A stretch of 64,000 nucleotides of DNA from a bacterium. Its GTDB lineage: Bacteria > Myxococcota_A > Polyangia > HGW-17 > JAJRWW01. The position numbers and the translations under genes were made by a program. The notes beneath the pieces are model-generated. The model worked only from the letters and a program-made list of their open reading frames with translations. It was not told the DNA's origin and searched no databases. Shown here one piece after another: positions 1 through 8,345 of the stretch. Location of the stretch: assembly GCA_043825095.1 (NCBI GenBank), contig JBDRSE010000199.1, forward strand, positions 11,842 through 75,841, in the 5' to 3' direction. Positions within the stretch are counted from its first letter, which is position 1. The number at the start of each line of letters is the position of its first letter.

Positions 1-270
1 CATGTTGCGCAGCCAGAGCGGCATCAGCAGCGTGGCCGTTCCCAGGTGCAATCCGCCCAGGAAGATGAGCAGGGACACGGGCCGCACGCCGACCTCAGCC
101 ACCAGGTCGTCCAGCCGGTTCTCGGTTTCCGCCGCCCCGGTGATGACGTAGCTGCGCAACAGCTTCACCACGATCCAGGCCGAGATCAGCCCGGCCACTG
201 CCAGCCCGGCCGCCAGAAAGTACGACTTGACCGGGTTATTCCACAGGATTTTGTCCAAGAACTCCATCAT
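1..270 (-). CDS. MscS-family mechanosensitive-channel-like membrane protein, N-terminal 90 codons only (gene runs off the window start)
   Basis: My own reverse-strand translation; this ORF is not in the supplied track. ATGATG at 270-265 is preceded by GGAGGTG. Sequence: MMEFLDKILWNNPVKSYFLAAGLAVAGLISAWIVVKLLRSYVITGAAETENRLDDLVAEVGVRPVSLLIFLGG... The layout (TM helix, basic stretch, x-LDD motif, second TM) is typical of MscS-family N-termini. The frame stays open to base 1. Confidence 0.5.
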   Translation of the reverse strand, partial: MMEFLDKILWNNPVKSYFLAAGLAVAGLISAWIVVKLLRSYVITGAAETENRLDDLVAEVGVRPVSLLIFLGGLHLGTATLLMPLWLRNM

Positions 271-382
271 GATCACACCTCCACGGCCCCCGTCCTAACC
301 GCAACCGACCCAGGGCGCAAGCAGGTAGTAAATGCCGTATTGGGGTCAGACCCTCCGTACGGCATAAATGCGAATGCTGTGG

Positions 383-2440
383 TCAGACCCCAGCGTTCGC
401 ATTTACGAGCATCTGACGGGCCTCGGCGGCGGTTTCATAGATGTGGGGCTTGAGGTCGCGGTCGGCCAGGGAGCGGCCGAGCTTGAGGCGGAGGAAGGCG
501 CTGGTGGTGTAGCGGGTTACGCCGGAGTACCAGCGCTCGACGACCCGTTTGACCATGTCGGTGTAGGCGTCCAGCAGGGCGGGGGCGATGCTGAAGCTGT
601 CATAGTTCACGACGGCGTGCACCGGCTTGCCCACGGGCTCCAGGACCCGGGCCACTCCGGCTTCGATCGCGTCGATGTCGTCCTGGGAGCCCACGGTCAG
701 GGCCTCGAAGTTCACGAAGAACAGGTTTTCCGCGGCGTCGTAGGTGAGTCGATCCGCGAGGGGCACGGTGAGCAGCTCGTCCTTGAGGCCCATGGGCGCC
801 GGGCGGAAGATGCGCGGGTCCATGGGGCGCGGCTCGCCGTTTCCATCCGGGCCCACCACGGGCGTGAAGCCCATGTGCCTGAGAACGTCCCGCTCCACGT
901 CCACGCCGGGCGCGACCTCGGTGAGCACCAGGCCGCGGCTCGCTCCTTCCCGCGCCGGGTCGAGGGTGAAGACGCACCGCTCGGTCACGTAGATCACCGG
1001 CTGGGCCGCTCCGGCGGCGATCCTGCCGGCGAAGGTGATCTGTTCCACGTGCTCCACGAGCTTCTGGGCGCGCCCCTCCTGCAGGATGCGCAGCCGCGGC
1101 TCGCCGCCACCGTCTTCCTCCACGGTGATCTTCAGGCCGCCCGCGGTGAAGGTGCCCATGAACACCACGCGCCGCGCGTTCTGGCTGATGTTGACGAAGC
1201 CGCCGCATCCGGCGAGCCGCGGGCCGAACCGCGACACGTTCACGTTGCCCGTGCCGTCGGCCTCGGCCATGCCCAGGAAGGCCACGTCCAACCCGCCGCC
1301 GTCGTAGAAGTCGAACTGGGACGTCATGTCGATGATGGCGTCCGCGTTGGTGGCCGCGCCGAAGGAGAGCCCGCCCGCGGTGATGCCGCCGATGGTCCCC
1401 GGCTCAGCGGTCAGCGTCAGGTACTCGAGGATCTGCTCCTCGTTGGCAACCGACGCCACACCTTCGGGCATGCCGATGCCGAGGTTCACCACGCCGTTGG
1501 GCTGCAGCTCCAGCGCGGCCCGGCGGGCGATGATCTTGCGGGCGCCCAGTGGAAGGGGCGCCACGGCGCCGGTGGGCACCTTGATTTCGCCGGAGTAGGC
1601 CGGGTTGTACGGCTCGGCAAAGGTCTGCCAGTGGTGCTCCGGCGGCGACACCACCACACAGTCCACCAGCACTCCCGGAAGCACCACGTCCCGCGGGCTC
1701 AGGGTGCCGTGCTCCGCGATGCGCTCCACCTGGACAATCACGATACCGCCGTTGTTCTTGGCCGCAATCGCCCCCGCAAGGCCGTCCAACACCAGGGCCT
1801 CCCGCTCCATGGTCACGTTGCCGTGGGTGTCCGCCGTGGTCCCGCGCAGGATCGCCACGTCCACCGGGATCGGCCGATAGGCCAAATACTCTTCGCCGTC
1901 GAGCTCCATCAGCTCCACCAGCGGCTCGGTGGTGCGCTCGTTGATGCGCCCGCCCTCCATCCGCGGGTCCGCAAAGGTGCCGAGCCCCACCCGCGTGATC
2001 GTGCGCGGACGACCCGCCCCGGCGTCGCGCAGCATCTGCGACAGCGAGCCTTGGGGAAAGTTGTAGCCCTCGATCTTGTTCGTCAGCACCAGCTCCTGGA
2101 GCTTGGGGCACAGTCCGTAGTGCCCGCCGATCACCCGCTTGAGCAGCCCCTCGTAGGCGATTTGGTTCAGGCCCCGCTGCTTGCCGTCCCCTTGTCCGGC
2201 GCAGTACATCACCGTCAGTCCGGTAGGGCTCCCGGTTTCTAGAAACCGCTTCTCCAGGGCCAGGGACACCAGCTCCGCGTAGCCGCTGCCCACGAACCCC
2301 CCGGTGAGCACCGTGTCCCCGTCGTGGATGATCCGCACCGCCTCTTCGGCCGTCACGATTTTCGACCTCCGTGCCCGCGTGGGAGACATGACGCCGATCA
2401 TCGGATGGCGCCCTCCCGCTGTTGATTGGTCCGTTGTCAT
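383..2440 (-). CDS. Acyl-CoA:acetate/3-ketoacid (propionate) CoA-transferase family protein with an extra C-terminal domain of about 160 aa
   Basis: 685-aa ORF. N-terminus IVTAEEAVRIIHDGDTVLTGGFVGSGYAE plus GLNQIAYEGLLKRVIGGHYG, GVVNLGIGMPEGVA and GGGLDVAFLGMAEADGTGNVNVSRF match the family I CoA-transferase (YdiF/Pct-like) pattern. ATG at 2440 is preceded by AGGGAGAA. Confidence 0.85.
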   Translation of the reverse strand: MTTDQSTAGGRHPMIGVMSPTRARRSKIVTAEEAVRIIHDGDTVLTGGFVGSGYAELVSLALEKRFLETGSPTGLTVMYCAGQGDGKQRGLNQIAYEGLLKRVIGGHYGLCPKLQELVLTNKIEGYNFPQGSLSQMLRDAGAGRPRTITRVGLGTFADPRMEGGRINERTTEPLVELMELDGEEYLAYRPIPVDVAILRGTTADTHGNVTMEREALVLDGLAGAIAAKNNGGIVIVQVERIAEHGTLSPRDVVLPGVLVDCVVVSPPEHHWQTFAEPYNPAYSGEIKVPTGAVAPLPLGARKIIARRAALELQPNGVVNLGIGMPEGVASVANEEQILEYLTLTAEPGTIGGITAGGLSFGAATNADAIIDMTSQFDFYDGGGLDVAFLGMAEADGTGNVNVSRFGPRLAGCGGFVNISQNARRVVFMGTFTAGGLKITVEEDGGGEPRLRILQEGRAQKLVEHVEQITFAGRIAAGAAQPVIYVTERCVFTLDPAREGASRGLVLTEVAPGVDVERDVLRHMGFTPVVGPDGNGEPRPMDPRIFRPAPMGLKDELLTVPLADRLTYDAAENLFFVNFEALTVGSQDDIDAIEAGVARVLEPVGKPVHAVVNYDSFSIAPALLDAYTDMVKRVVERWYSGVTRYTTSAFLRLKLGRSLADRDLKPHIYETAAEARQMLVNANAGV

Positions 2441-2512
2441 GGAAACGTTCTCCCTCCCAGGGTTTGTACTCTGTTCTTCGTCCGGCTCCGTCAGATCGTA
2501 CCGGTCGACGCT

Positions 2513-4528
2513 CTACGGACAGGGCGCCGTTGCGTCCGCCGACGCTTCGACCACGACGGCGGCGCCCGTCTCCACCAGGCCCTCGAAGAAGCACCGGTAC
2601 TGGTACTTCGGCTCGGGCAGCTCGAAGGGCACGTAGTGTCCCGAGATCCCCGTTGGTTGCAAGTACTGCAACAGCAGCGACGACCGGTCGCCGTCTGGAG
2701 TGGCGAGATTGTCGCTCGCCGGGGCCATTCGCACCGCTCCGCCCACGAGCTCGAGCGCCTCCTCCAGCGTGTCTTCCACCGTGGGCGCCACGGGCTCCAA
2801 CCGCCCCGCGAGGGCCAGCGCGTTCACCGCCGCGGGTGGGAAGTACCCGTCCACCACGCCCTCGATCACCAAGATGTCCCGCGCCGTGGCCCCCGGCCCC
2901 GGCTCTCGGGCCCAGCGGCGCGCCCACGCCATCGGCTCCGAAGGCTCGGCCAGGGTCTGAAACAGGTTCAGAATCGGATCCGCGATGTCCGGATCGTCCG
3001 AGTTCTCGAAGTTCAGCAGCAGCCGCACCAGGTCTGCGAAGGCCATGGGCTCGAACTTGAGCACCAGGTTGTACAGCCAGCTCCCGCCCACGCCGCTGAG
3101 CAACCCGCCCCGCAGCCGAGGCTCCAAGCCCAGCACCGTGGACCCAATTGTCGCGCCCGTGGAGTGGCCGTAAAAGAGAAAGTTTTCCGTATCGAAGTGA
3201 AAGTCTCCACCACCGCCGTCCGCTTCGGGACACAGCCCGGCGTCCAAGGTCAGCGATTCCGCCAGCCGGATCAGGGTCGTGAAGTCCATGGCCGCCTGGC
3301 GCACGTTGTCCCGGAAGGCAAAGGGGTTCGTCACGTTGAAGAACTCCAGCCCGTCCGTGGCCCCCGACGGATGGCGAGGCCCCACCAGCGGCGCCTCGAT
3401 CGAAAGGGCGGCGAGGCCCACGTCGGCGAGATAGTACGCCGGTCCCATGCCCGGCAGCGACTGCTGCTCTACGAACGTCCCACGATCCACGAACTGCGTA
3501 TACGCCCCGCCTTGACCTGCCGAGTAGAACAGCAGCGGCCAGCCCCCGGCAGGCATCGGCCGCTTCGGAATGGACACCGCGAAACGCACGGTCTCCCACT
3601 GCACGGTCTCCGGCTCCCCATTCCCATCCACCCGAATCTCACCACCGCTCACGGTGTACGGCCGCTCCCCATTCTGAAACAGCGGCACCTCCACCTCGGC
3701 CCGAATGACACAATACGTGTGGTGGTCGCGCAGTGGCGCGGCGTCCCTGGCCACCGGCGCCGGCTGCGCATGGATCCACTGTCGTAGCAGGTCCAGCTCG
3801 GTGTGGGGATCCCCGGTGCGGTACACCGTGGCTGCCCGGATCCGCTCCGCCGGGATCCCCGCTCGCTCGAGATGATCCAGCAACAGCCGAAAGTCGGACT
3901 GCAACAGATCCCCGTTCACGCCACCTGGCGACTGCCCCGTCTTCAGCCGTTCCAGGCTGAGCGGGCTGCCCAGCGGCTCACCTGCCAGATCCCAAACCCC
4001 GTCGGTCACCACTGCCGCGTACATTGTCGCCGGCCTGAGCACGAAGCCCGGTCGCGGCAGAAGCACCAGCAAGTTCGCCGGCGAGTAGGTCTCTGTCTCC
4101 TCCTTGAAATACACCTCGAGCGGGATCCGCGTGTCCAGCTCGGGCGACTCCGGATCCACGTCCACCAGGAACACCGCGCTCTCGGGATCCACCGAGCCCG
4201 CCGGATCCGGCAACGTCCCCGGATCCAGCGCCCCAGTGAACCGGAACCACGCGGCCGCCGTGCCGCTGAACCCCACCGGGCTCGACTCCAGCGCATCGAT
4301 CAGCCGCTCCGCCATGGCGTTCCCCCCCGGATTCGGAAAGTCTGCAACCACAAGGGATCCATCCCCCCGCATCCGGTACGAGATCGGAAACGGCGCATCG
4401 AAGAACCTCGCCCCCTCCTCGACGTCATACACCACCTGTGTACCGGAAATCGCCCGCGGCTCGTCGTCCACTTCACAAGCCGCGGCTCCGGCCAGGAGCG
4501 CCGTTATCAGGAGCGCGGTGCGTCGCAT
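2513..4528 (-). CDS. Secreted alpha/beta-fold serine hydrolase (lipase/esterase-like), probable lipoprotein
   Basis: Start reset to the internal ATG at 4528, giving MRRTALLITALLAGAAACEVDD (signal peptide ending in Cys). Nucleophile elbow FLFYGHSTGATIG (GxSxG). High third-position GC throughout. The longer track ORF (to 4726) extends into an AT-richer intergenic region. Confidence 0.7.
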   Translation of the reverse strand: MRRTALLITALLAGAAACEVDDEPRAISGTQVVYDVEEGARFFDAPFPISYRMRGDGSLVVADFPNPGGNAMAERLIDALESSPVGFSGTAAAWFRFTGALDPGTLPDPAGSVDPESAVFLVDVDPESPELDTRIPLEVYFKEETETYSPANLLVLLPRPGFVLRPATMYAAVVTDGVWDLAGEPLGSPLSLERLKTGQSPGGVNGDLLQSDFRLLLDHLERAGIPAERIRAATVYRTGDPHTELDLLRQWIHAQPAPVARDAAPLRDHHTYCVIRAEVEVPLFQNGERPYTVSGGEIRVDGNGEPETVQWETVRFAVSIPKRPMPAGGWPLLFYSAGQGGAYTQFVDRGTFVEQQSLPGMGPAYYLADVGLAALSIEAPLVGPRHPSGATDGLEFFNVTNPFAFRDNVRQAAMDFTTLIRLAESLTLDAGLCPEADGGGGDFHFDTENFLFYGHSTGATIGSTVLGLEPRLRGGLLSGVGGSWLYNLVLKFEPMAFADLVRLLLNFENSDDPDIADPILNLFQTLAEPSEPMAWARRWAREPGPGATARDILVIEGVVDGYFPPAAVNALALAGRLEPVAPTVEDTLEEALELVGGAVRMAPASDNLATPDGDRSSLLLQYLQPTGISGHYVPFELPEPKYQYRCFFEGLVETGAAVVVEASADATAPCP

Positions 4529-5052
4529 CGCCCGAGTATCTACCTGGTGTCCCGCCTGGACAAGGCCTGATCTATAGTCTGCGCAGGGAAACCGATTTCG
4601 AGCTCGTGAGGGAGACAGGTTGACGACGCACGTTCCGTCAGCACTGTTCAATCTGAGCTGAGACGTGAAATAGTGGCAAGAGCCGTTGGGTGACGGATTT
4701 CGACCGACCGGCATCAGTCCTTGCACACCTGCATGGGAACCCCGTCACTGAGGTAGCAGTGGCAGCCCACCATGTACGTCGCGTGAGTCGTCGTGTCCGT
4801 GCAATGGTGATGCCATGTCTTTTATTAGTGATTACAGAGAGTTGTGACCGCAGATCCGATTGTTTCGTCGAATTGGAGACAGCGATGTCATACTTTGTCG
4901 AGTCAGGTTTCCCGGGATGCCCAATAGCTCGTTGCGTTCCTGACACAGCGAGCTCGGTGTCCAATGGTTGGAGGAGAGGGTTCTTGGGGGGCCGCAGTTC
5001 CTACCTTGACCATCTTGACCGGGTGGGGACGAATCCGATAGAAACGCGGTCG

Positions 5053-7167
5053 ATGACTGGGCAGTTCGTAAGGCGGTACAGCGACCTCGCGCTGGCGGGC
5101 TTGGTGGTGTCGATCATCGCGATGATGATCGTGCCGATGCCGACGTGGCTGCTGGACATTCTTCTGGCCACGAACATCTCCATGGCGGTGATTCTGCTGC
5201 TGGTGTCGATCTACGTGACCCAGCCCATCCGCATCGCGACCTTCCCGGCAATCCTGCTCATTACCACCCTGTTTCGCCTCGGGCTGAACGTGTCGTCCAC
5301 GCGGCTGATTCTGCTTCAAGCCGACGCGGGTGAGGTGATCCAGAGCTTTGGGCACTTCGTAGTGGCGGGCAACATCGTGGTGGGCGTGATCGTGTTTTTG
5401 ATTCTGACGCTCATCCAGTTCGTGGTGATTGCGAAGGGGTCGGAGCGGGTGGCCGAGGTGGCGGCGCGGTTCACCTTGGACGCCATGCCCGGCAAGCAGA
5501 TGTCCATCGACGCGGATCTGCGGGCCGGGACCATCGATCAGGCCGAGGCGCGGCAGCGGCGGGCGGCGCTGGAGCGGGAGTCGCAGCTCTACGGTTCCAT
5601 GGACGGCGCGATGAAGTTCGTGAAGGGCGACGCCATCGCGGGGATCGCGATCACTGTGATCAACATCGTCGGCGGCCTGATCGTGGGCATCTACCAGCTC
5701 AACATGTCCGCGTCGGAGGCGGTACACACGTACTCCCTGCTCACCATCGGCGACGGTCTGGTCTCCCAGATTCCGGCGCTCATCATCTCCACCTCGGCCG
5801 GCATGGTGATCACCCGGGTGGCCTCCGAGGACAATGAGACGCATCTCGGCCAGGAGATCGGCGCCCAGCTGCTGAACCAGCCCAAGGCCATCGCCATCGC
5901 GGCGGTGCTGATGCTGCTGCTCGCCCTGGTGCCGGGGCTCCCGTGGTTCCCCTTCCTGGTGCTGGGCTCACTGTGCGGTCTGGCGGCCTACGGTCTTCTG
6001 CGGCGCGCGGCGCGCGAACGCCGGGCCCGGGCTGAGCGGGGCCCTCCGGGCGAGCTGCGAGCGCTGGCTGTCGCCGGCGACCGAGGGACGAGGCGGCGAG
6101 GTGATCCCGGTGCGTGGGTGCTGGTGCGGCCGATCCTGGTGGAGGTTTCTCCGGAGCTCACGCCGATGCTGACCGACGCCCAGGGACGAGTCCGCCTGGC
6201 GGAAGCGTTCGCGCCGGAGATTCGCGACCGACTGTTCCGGGCCCTGGGCGTGCCCCTGCCTGAGATCCAGGTCCAACTCGAGACGCCGAGCCTGCCGGCG
6301 AGCGGATACCGAATCTTGCTCAAGGAGGTGGTGCTCGGGGAAGGGGAGCTTAAATCGGACCGGGTCCTGGCGCTGGCAACTCCGCCGTTCCTCAAGGGTC
6401 TGGGGATCGAGGCGGAGCCCGCCGAGCTGAGCGGGCTGGAGGGACGCGCGAGCTGGGCCGCCCGCGCTGATGTCGCGAAAGCGCGCACCGCGAGCGTCGA
6501 CGTGGCTCTGGACGACGAAATTCTCGCCAGGCACCTGGAAGCGCTCCTGCGCCGTTACGCCTACGAGTTCGTCACCATCCAGGAGACCCGAGGGCTGCTC
6601 GACGCGCTGCAGGCGAGCCACCCGCAGCTGGTGGAGGAGCTGGTCCCCAAACCCGTGCCCGTGCCCGTGCTCGCCGAGGTGCTGCGGCGGTTGGTGGAGG
6701 AGGGCGTCAACGTGCGACACCTGGCCGATATCCTGCCCGCCCTGGCGGGCCGGGTGAACACCGAGAAGGACGCGGCGCGGCTCGCGGATCACTGCCGGCT
6801 GGCCCTGAGGCGCCAGATCACCCAGCAGTTCACCGGCGACGACGGCTCCCTGGCGGCCGTGGTGCTCGATCCGGAGGTCGAGCAGGTCCTCTTAGAGGCA
6901 ATCCAGTCTGGCGACGGTGGCAGCTATCTGGCCCTGGAGCCCTCCCTCAGCCGGGAGATTGTGGCCGCGGCACGCGCGGCCGTCCGACCTGCCCAGGCCT
7001 CTGGGGAGCTGCCCGTGGTGCTGGCGTCCATGGAAACCCGGCGCTTCGTGCGCGGGCTGCTCGAGGCCGAGCTCCCCGGGGTGACTGTGTTGTCCTACCA
7101 GGAGCTGGCGCCCGACCTGGAGATTCGACCCGTGGCGCGGGTGGAGCTGGGCCGGGCTGGAGATTGA
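5053..7167 (+). CDS. sctV: FHIPEP-family type III secretion export-gate protein (SctV/FlhA homologue)
   Basis: Start reset to ATG 5053 (MTGQFVRRYSDLALAGLVVSIIAMMIVPMP...). Hallmark FHIPEP motifs are present: FPAILLITTLFRLGLNVSSTRLIL, RFTLDAMPGKQMSIDADLRAG, GSMDGAMKFVKGDAIAGI, LLTIGDGLVSQIPALIISTSAGMVITR. The cytoplasmic C-terminal domain of about 350 aa is typical. The symbol assumes a non-flagellar context; flhA cannot be excluded from sequence alone. Confidence 0.88.
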   Translation: MTGQFVRRYSDLALAGLVVSIIAMMIVPMPTWLLDILLATNISMAVILLLVSIYVTQPIRIATFPAILLITTLFRLGLNVSSTRLILLQADAGEVIQSFGHFVVAGNIVVGVIVFLILTLIQFVVIAKGSERVAEVAARFTLDAMPGKQMSIDADLRAGTIDQAEARQRRAALERESQLYGSMDGAMKFVKGDAIAGIAITVINIVGGLIVGIYQLNMSASEAVHTYSLLTIGDGLVSQIPALIISTSAGMVITRVASEDNETHLGQEIGAQLLNQPKAIAIAAVLMLLLALVPGLPWFPFLVLGSLCGLAAYGLLRRAARERRARAERGPPGELRALAVAGDRGTRRRGDPGAWVLVRPILVEVSPELTPMLTDAQGRVRLAEAFAPEIRDRLFRALGVPLPEIQVQLETPSLPASGYRILLKEVVLGEGELKSDRVLALATPPFLKGLGIEAEPAELSGLEGRASWAARADVAKARTASVDVALDDEILARHLEALLRRYAYEFVTIQETRGLLDALQASHPQLVEELVPKPVPVPVLAEVLRRLVEEGVNVRHLADILPALAGRVNTEKDAARLADHCRLALRRQITQQFTGDDGSLAAVVLDPEVEQVLLEAIQSGDGGSYLALEPSLSREIVAAARAAVRPAQASGELPVVLASMETRRFVRGLLEAELPGVTVLSYQELAPDLEIRPVARVELGRAGD

Positions 7168-7202
7168 GGGCGAAGGCGCCGGGTGCGTGGCGTAGAAAGT
7201 GC

Positions 7203-7233
7203 AAAGCCCCCTCGGGGTGACCGAGGGGGCTTT
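7203..7233. terminator. Perfect 13-bp stem / 5-nt loop hairpin between the sctV stop and the 3' end of tRNA-Leu (candidate bidirectional terminator)
   Basis: AAAGCCCCCTCGG-GGTGA-CCGAGGGGGCTTT. The stem is flanked by A-run and T-run on the two strands. It lies 36 nt after the sctV stop and 5 nt after the tRNA 3' end. Confidence 0.6.
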
Positions 7234-7237
7234 GGGT

Positions 7238-7321
7238 TGCGAAAGGGGGGAGTCGAACCCCCACAGGCTTGCGCCCACAGGAACCTGAGTCCTGCGCGTC
7301 TACCAGTTCCGCCACTTTCGC
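7238..7321 (-). tRNA. tRNA-Leu (anticodon CAG), class II with long variable arm; CCA not encoded
   Basis: Reverse strand reads GCGAAAG-TG-GCGGAACTGGTAGACGCG-CAGGA-CTCAGGT-TCCTG-TGGGCGCAAGCCTGT-GGGGG-TTCGACT-CCCCC-CTTTCGC-A. It has a 7-bp acceptor stem, an anticodon loop CT-CAG-GT, a TTCGA T-loop and a variable stem-loop. Confidence 0.9.
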
Positions 7322-7332
7322 AGGCGGAGTGC

Positions 7333-7361
7333 TTTTTAACCAACGGCGGGTACCGTGTCAA
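7333..7361 (-). promoter_or_regulatory. Sigma-70-type promoter candidate for tRNA-Leu (TTGACA-17 nt-TAAAAA)
   Basis: Reverse strand: TTGACA (7361-7356), 17-nt spacer, TAAAAA (7338-7333). The -10 element ends 11 nt upstream of the mature tRNA 5' end. Confidence 0.45.
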
Positions 7362-7493
7362 GTCGGATCGGCTGGCCGCTCAGCGGGCCGAGCGGGGGGC
7401 CGAACGCGGGCCCTGAAAAGGGGTGGAGAGGCTACGGATTCGGGGATCCGAAAAACGGCTACACAAGTCGTGTAGGGTGAAAAATTGACAGAA

Positions 7494-8327
7494 ATGGGGA
7501 TCCCGACTCAGATCCAAAGGATGCGAACTGACGGATCCGTTCTTGCCACGAAGCCCTGGGAAGACGACTTCGATTTCTACTTCTCGGAAACCATGAAGGC
7601 CCGGGTCGTGATCACCCTGGATCTGGGAGCGGTGGAGGTTGCGCCGCTGCAATCACACCCGTTTCGGCTCCAGGCCCGGATCGAGATGCACTCGCCGAAA
7701 CGGGATGGGCTGCGGGATCTCGGTGAGGCGGACGCGCTGTTCGAGCTCGAGGATCTGCTGGTGGATCGACTGGGTGGGATCCTTCCGCTGCTGTACGTGG
7801 GCCGGGTCGTGGCGGTGGGAGACGTGATGCTGATCTGGTACGCGCCGCGCGCCGTGGAGCGGCTGATGGAGGAGCTGACCGAAGTGGTGAAGGAGGTCCG
7901 AGGGGACTACGTGGTGCGGCTGAGCCTGGTGGAGGATCCGAAGTGGTCCTTCTACGACGACTTCATGTTCCCGGATGTGTACAACCTGCAGGTGATGCTC
8001 AACCGGAGGCGGCTGATGACCCTGCAGGAGCACGGCGACGACGGAGCGGCGGCGCGGGAGCTCGATCACCTGGCGTACTTTCCCAGCCGTGAGCTGGCAG
8101 AGGCGGCGGCGAATCAGCTCGAGGAGCTGGGGTATTCCGTCGAGGCACCGGCCGTGGAGGCGGAGAACCCACCGGACGAGGAGCTGAAGTGGTCCTTGAG
8201 CTTTCAGCGGTCGGATTCGCTCACAGAGGGGCGGGTGGACGACGTGTGCATCGAGATCCTGGACGTGCTGCTCGAGCACCAAGGGTATTATGACGGATGG
8301 GGTGTGCGGCTGCTGGGACCGGGGTAG
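7494..8327 (+). CDS. Two-domain DUF695 / RraB-like (regulator of ribonuclease activity B family) protein
   Basis: The C-terminal part LDHLAYFPSRELAEAAANQLEELGYSVE...DDVCIEILDVLLEHQGYYDGWGV matches the RraB pattern, including the YDGWG motif. The N-terminal roughly 170 aa has a DUF695-like layout. The track ORF starts at TTG 7485; the first ATG is at 7494. Confidence 0.65.
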   Translation: MGIPTQIQRMRTDGSVLATKPWEDDFDFYFSETMKARVVITLDLGAVEVAPLQSHPFRLQARIEMHSPKRDGLRDLGEADALFELEDLLVDRLGGILPLLYVGRVVAVGDVMLIWYAPRAVERLMEELTEVVKEVRGDYVVRLSLVEDPKWSFYDDFMFPDVYNLQVMLNRRRLMTLQEHGDDGAAARELDHLAYFPSRELAEAAANQLEELGYSVEAPAVEAENPPDEELKWSLSFQRSDSLTEGRVDDVCIEILDVLLEHQGYYDGWGVRLLGPG

Positions 8328-8345
8328 GGGAGCGGTTGCTCACGA

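Noticed and set aside
368-3599. Long ORFs 368-2242 (+), 1404-3599 (-) and 2426-3787 (+) overlapping the CoA-transferase and hydrolase genes
   Set aside because: They are alternative frames or strands of genes whose chosen frames carry clear family motifs. Their translations are low-complexity Arg/Gly/His/Pro sequence.
4670-4700. Sigma-54 promoter upstream of sctV (TGGCAAGAGCCGTTGG)
   Set aside because: The GG-to-GC spacing is off by one, and the -12 element is TTGG rather than TTGC. No enhancer-binding-protein gene is nearby.
4690-5052. 121-codon N-terminal extension of the sctV ORF, and the 108-aa minus-strand ORF at 4638-4964
   Set aside because: They lie in the AT-richer intergenic region and lack the third-position GC bias of genuine genes here. 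FHIPEP homology starts at ATG 5053.
7238-7321. tRNA-Leu as an integration hotspot flanked by a genomic island
   Set aside because: There is no integrase, no direct repeat of the tRNA 3' end, and no compositional island on either side within the window.
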